From contig CAVUQO010000003.1 of NCBI GenBank assembly GCA_963743635.1, positions 754,595-818,594 of the forward strand: DNA of 64,000 nt. Direction: 5' to 3'. The notes under the pieces are model-generated. The model ran no database searches and was not told the DNA's origin. It saw only the letters and a program-made list of their open reading frames with translations. The number at the start of each line of letters is the position of its first letter. Position 1 is the stretch's first letter. Of this stretch, positions 59,953 to 64,000 are shown piece after piece. A program made the position numbers and the translations under genes. The stretch comes from Candidatus Babeliales bacterium. Lineage in GTDB: Bacteria; Babelota; Babeliae; Babelales; Vermiphilaceae.

Positions 59953-62023
59953 TCAGTTATAAGATGTACCGATTTTAAACCATACGCCCCATTGGGTGAG
60001 CGCAACGTTGGTGCAGCATGGTTTGAGTGTTGAACAAACATTTGCTACAGGATTTGGGTTGTAGTTATAGTTGCAAGGACTGCATGCAGTTTCGCATTCA
60101 TCATTGCAGCATCCATTGCTTCCACCACCGAATTCAACTTCAGCACCGACGCCAACATATGGAGTCCATTTGCTATCCTTCATATCAGGCCGTGCATAAT
60201 TGAAATGCATGAACAATTTATTCGAAATCCCGCGTGTGCCGAGTAAATCGAAATCATCTTCGCTAATGAGTACAGGCTGATTTGAGGTGTAGATAGCAAT
60301 GCCTGATGGTTCAGTCACCACTGGAGTTGGAAGAATTAGTACACCAACTCCTAGCGGAATTAAGGTGCTATTATCGGCATAGAAGTTAACCGGTCGAGTT
60401 GGATTCGTGCCAGTATAGATCAACGCCATTTGCCATATTAGAGCCTGTATGAATAGTTTGCTTGGCTATCAGTTGCAGGGAGTCTCATAGCAAATTCTTG
60501 CGGGTCCCAGTTATAAAAACCATAGACGCGTTGATCGCCCTTAAGTGCCCATTGGCCGATGCTGGCGCGCAGCAATCATTGTTCAAGCGCAGTTGTTCGC
60601 AGCTTCTGCCCCAGAAGTTGTAACCAAGATCCCATTGGAAGTTGCCTGATTGGTATGCAAAGCTGATTGCTAAATCACCTTGAGCCGCAATGGTAGAGGT
60701 AACATTGCTGCGGGTAACGTTTGCAACCGGTGCATATACATTGGCAAATTCTAGACCAAGCGTATCATAGCTAGTGAGGTTATTAGGAGAAATTGTGGTA
60801 AATGATGGCTGAGTATTAGCATTGAGGCCGGGAAGGCTATTGCGATTATCATGAAGCTGTTCTGCTAACATATATCGGCTATTGCTGCCTGCTGAGCAAA
60901 GATCAAAGCAACGGATTTGGTGTGCACCAAAAAGATGCGTTACGTTTGCTTCAAGATACATGCCGAAACTACTATCATCTTCTTCGTTTCTCCAGCCGAT
61001 ATAGTGTGCCGTTACTTGACCACCAAGTTCCCAGTGCTTACCGTTACCTACAATTGGTTCAAAAAGATAGCGTCCATTGCTATTGCAATCATCTTGGCTG
61101 CCAACGCGTGTGCCAGTCGGTGCAGCAACATAAATGCCAAGGCCTGCATGGTAATCGCCAGCTTCATCATTCACGAAATTGTAACCAAGCACGAAACGAA
61201 GTTCGCCAAAACCATTGCGAGAAAGTCCTTGTCCATCGCATCCACATTCAGGGCTGATCTTGCTGCAGCAGAGTGATTGCCAGTCGATATCGCCAAGTGG
61301 TGTACAAGGTCCTGTGAGTCCGTGATTAGACACACCCAGCAGACAATAACTTTCACCATATATATCATAATCATTATTGATTGTCTGGTACAGCGCCATT
61401 TGCATAGCTCAAGAAGCTCTGATTGAGTTGTGATGCAGGCACTACATTGCTTGAGAAATAACCTTGGAAATAACCAGTAGTTCCTGTCGTAATATTGCAT
61501 TCTTGTGCATTCAAATTCCACTTAGTATGCACGAATGGTCCATAGATCTTGAAGTACATGCCTTCATGCCATGAATCAAGCCCTGCATAGAAACTGAAAT
61601 CTAAAATATAGTTACTAATACTTGGCTTAAATGAAACGGTACTTTGGAAATCGCGCGGCAATCCGAAATAATCAGCTAACCAATCATTTGCGCCGCGATT
61701 TGGCACTGCAGAACCGCTAATGTGAATTGATGAGCCTTCATCGCAGGTGCCGCATACTAAATCATCGCCAAAGAGTGAGCGTGCAAGACGATTGTCTCTG
61801 AATGTGCGTGAATATTCAAACGTAATATTGAAACTGCCGTAATCATCGTCTTGCGGTTTGCGTTGATACCCCAGAATGGATTATCCCATCCAACAATCTG
61901 ACGTGCTGCGTTAAAACTTTGTGATCGTGGAACGATCTTTGACGTTGTTGCAGTATTACCTGAAAGGCTTACTGCGCTTACTAATGTGGTAATACATAGT
62001 AATTGTTTGTTTAGTTGCCTCAT
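59953..62023 (-). CDS. Large Cys-rich exported protein, probable outer-membrane beta-barrel; split by several frameshifts
   Basis: Signal peptide at 62023; contiguous fragments 61757-62023, 61374-61706, 60485-61405 and 59953-60429; amphipathic strands; C-terminus WGVWFKIGTSYN. Confidence 0.6.
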
Positions 62024-62168
62024 TCGAACAACTCCTAGAATTGAGGATGGATGATATGTTTCTGAGTGATTACATCATCCTAGAACAAAGTAAGTTCTAT
62101 TTTCTAGAATTTTTTTAGTTGGTGTGAAATATGCGGTACTTTACCTGCATCTATGAGCTTATACGGCA

Positions 62169-62774
62169 TTAAAAGCCGAACCCAAATCCTACACTACCAC
62201 CATAATATGGAGATCCGTAATACCCGCCATAATAAGGCGCGCCCACACCATAACCAACATAGGTATAGGTTCTACGATTTCTTTCGCGACGCCTCATGCG
62301 TTCAGCTTTTGATTGTACGTATGCATTGATTGTGTCACCGACGTGCTCATCGATAAATGATTGCAATGCAGCATCTCGCACAAAACCAACTTGTTGGGCA
62401 CCATGAATTACACGGCCATCCCTGAAGAGCAGAAATGCTGGCAACGTACTGACGTCATAATCCATTGCAAGCCCTTCTAAATCATCACCCACGACGTTAA
62501 TGCGTGCAAATACCATATGCGCATCTCTATAGCGAATGCCACCCGATACACGATTAAACATACGCTCAAGCGATTCTATTTTTTGTTTGAGTTCTTTATC
62601 TTTGTGAGTTGTTTTATCGTTCTGATAAAACAGTGCAACCACAAGCGGATGTCTGTTTAATACCTTATTAAAATTTTTGCTCGATTTTATGCGTATCTCG
62701 CGCGTATCACCATGCAGAATGGTAACGCTTGTTAGTGCAAAAAATGCACATAAAGCATATCGTATGCTCTTCAT
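62169..62774 (-). CDS. Secreted thioredoxin-fold protein lacking CxxC, with Gly/Tyr-rich tail
   Basis: 'VVALFY...FARINV...YDVSTLPAFLLFRDG'. Confidence 0.7.
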   Translation of the reverse strand: MKSIRYALCAFFALTSVTILHGDTREIRIKSSKNFNKVLNRHPLVVALFYQNDKTTHKDKELKQKIESLERMFNRVSGGIRYRDAHMVFARINVVGDDLEGLAMDYDVSTLPAFLLFRDGRVIHGAQQVGFVRDAALQSFIDEHVGDTINAYVQSKAERMRRRERNRRTYTYVGYGVGAPYYGGYYGSPYYGGSVGFGFGF

Positions 62775-62785
62775 CCTTCTTCCTT

Positions 62786-63853
62786 TCAATCCTCTTTAAT
62801 TTCTTTGAAATCATTATTACGCGCTGTACCGTCAAGTACTTTACTTAAAAATTGTCGTACTTGCGTGGTGTACAACTCTGGTGCGTAAAAATAGGAATCA
62901 AAATGATGACGCCCCTCAGTTATCCACAATTTTTTATATCCTGATGCCGCATTATTATAAATAGACTTCACGGATTCAACGCCAATTTTTTCATCATTTT
63001 TACAATGTATGAAAAAGCATGGTACTGAAATTTTCTTAACCGATTCTCCCGGATATACGCGGCACATATTAATACTGATATTGCGCGGGTCAAGCGCGGT
63101 AATACAACGAAGTATATTTTTTACAAAGGCTTGTACATGCGGGTGGAATGCATATTTTTGTAATAATGAACGGCCTGGCATACCAAACTCATAGCCAAAC
63201 GCTGAGATTTTAAGATCATCAATTCCGCGCTTTACTACGTTTTCACTTGAATCGAACGGACAATCAAGGATCATCGCATCAAATAAGGACTGATTTCTTG
63301 CCTGGGCTTTATCGCTGAAGCCGCTCCCATAGAAAAACCATAAGCTAAACAAGGCAGGCCCTTAAGGTCAGGATTATTCTTCACATATGCAACTGCCGCC
63401 TCTATATCAAAAATTTCATCTCGGCCAACGGTACAATGCTGCCCCGGTCTCCTCGCCATGTCCGCGAAAATCAAAGGTCAACGACGTTAAACTTGCCTTT
63501 AGGAAACAGTTGTCTTAAAAAAGCAATGTCGTACTTATCACACATAAAACCATGACAAATAACCACGGTCGCCTCAGCATTATGGTATCGAACCAGCTGT
63601 CCCCTTACGAGCTATTTTTTTATTGGAGCAAGCAGATTCCTTTGAAAATACGGTGAATTCTTCAATAAAACCCCCTTCTATGGGGTTTTGAACTATGCAC
63701 TATAGGAGTTGAAAGAGGTGATAAAGGCGTACCAGAAGGAGCTGCAGAATTCCTGCTTGAAGCTTCCACATCACAACAAAAACCTACAAGTACCAGTAAA
63801 AAACGCCAGCGCTCCCTCCACTTTAAACTGCTTTGTTTTCGTAAGTCCTTCAT
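62786..63853 (-). CDS. Alpha/beta hydrolase, multiply frameshifted
   Basis: Fragments with ICHGF (about 63550), YGFSMGA, ILDCPF, IHCKNDEKI, GRHH. Confidence 0.75.
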
Positions 63854-64000
63854 GACTCTCCTCTTTTTTTAATCTGTTTTATTTCCCAGTGTTCCTCTCA
63901 TTGCTGAGTATAGCTGTCTATAAATTTACACATTGCAATAATTTTATAAAATATTTTTAAACACCAAACAAGCAATAAGGCCGAACTGCTCGACATTAAA

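Noticed and set aside
1..64000. tRNA/rRNA genes and stop-codon reassignment
   Set aside because: No tRNA or rRNA signature recognised by eye; broken genes are explained by indels, and TAA/TAG/TGA all end conserved genes normally

Overview
Bacterial chromosomal window of roughly 40% GC (visual estimate). Gene content and style suggest an intracellular protist parasite of the Babeliae (Dependentiae/TM6) type; this is an inference from many signal-peptide ORFans, WD40 expansions, a histone-H1-like protein and a eukaryote-like PP2C. Housekeeping backbone: carD, miaA, ppiD-like, recA, infC-rpmI-rplT, zapB/zapA, rny, ymdB, proS, xer, dnaN, recF, ruvC, htrA-like, dnaB, rplI, lnt, pseudopilins, hss, ileS, murD, ftsW, thyX and pepA. 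A dif-like site at 27649-27676 sits where gene orientation flips from mostly + to mostly -, so the window probably spans the replication terminus. The best candidate novel system is a tandem array of five secreted proteins (40.5-48.1 kb), each fusing a Skp1/BTB-like domain to 4-8 near-identical 123-bp WD40 repeats with hypervariable positions and blocks shuffled between genes. These could be a diversifying family of one-chain cullin-adaptor mimics. Other signals: two families of palindromic elements, several inserted in-frame in ileS, murD and a pseudopilin leader; secreted-ORFan cassettes flanked by duplicated neighbouring sequence; a shared 'A/G-M' signal-peptide end; and candidate ncRNAs. 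Several essential genes carry frameshifts, most likely sequencing or assembly indels.
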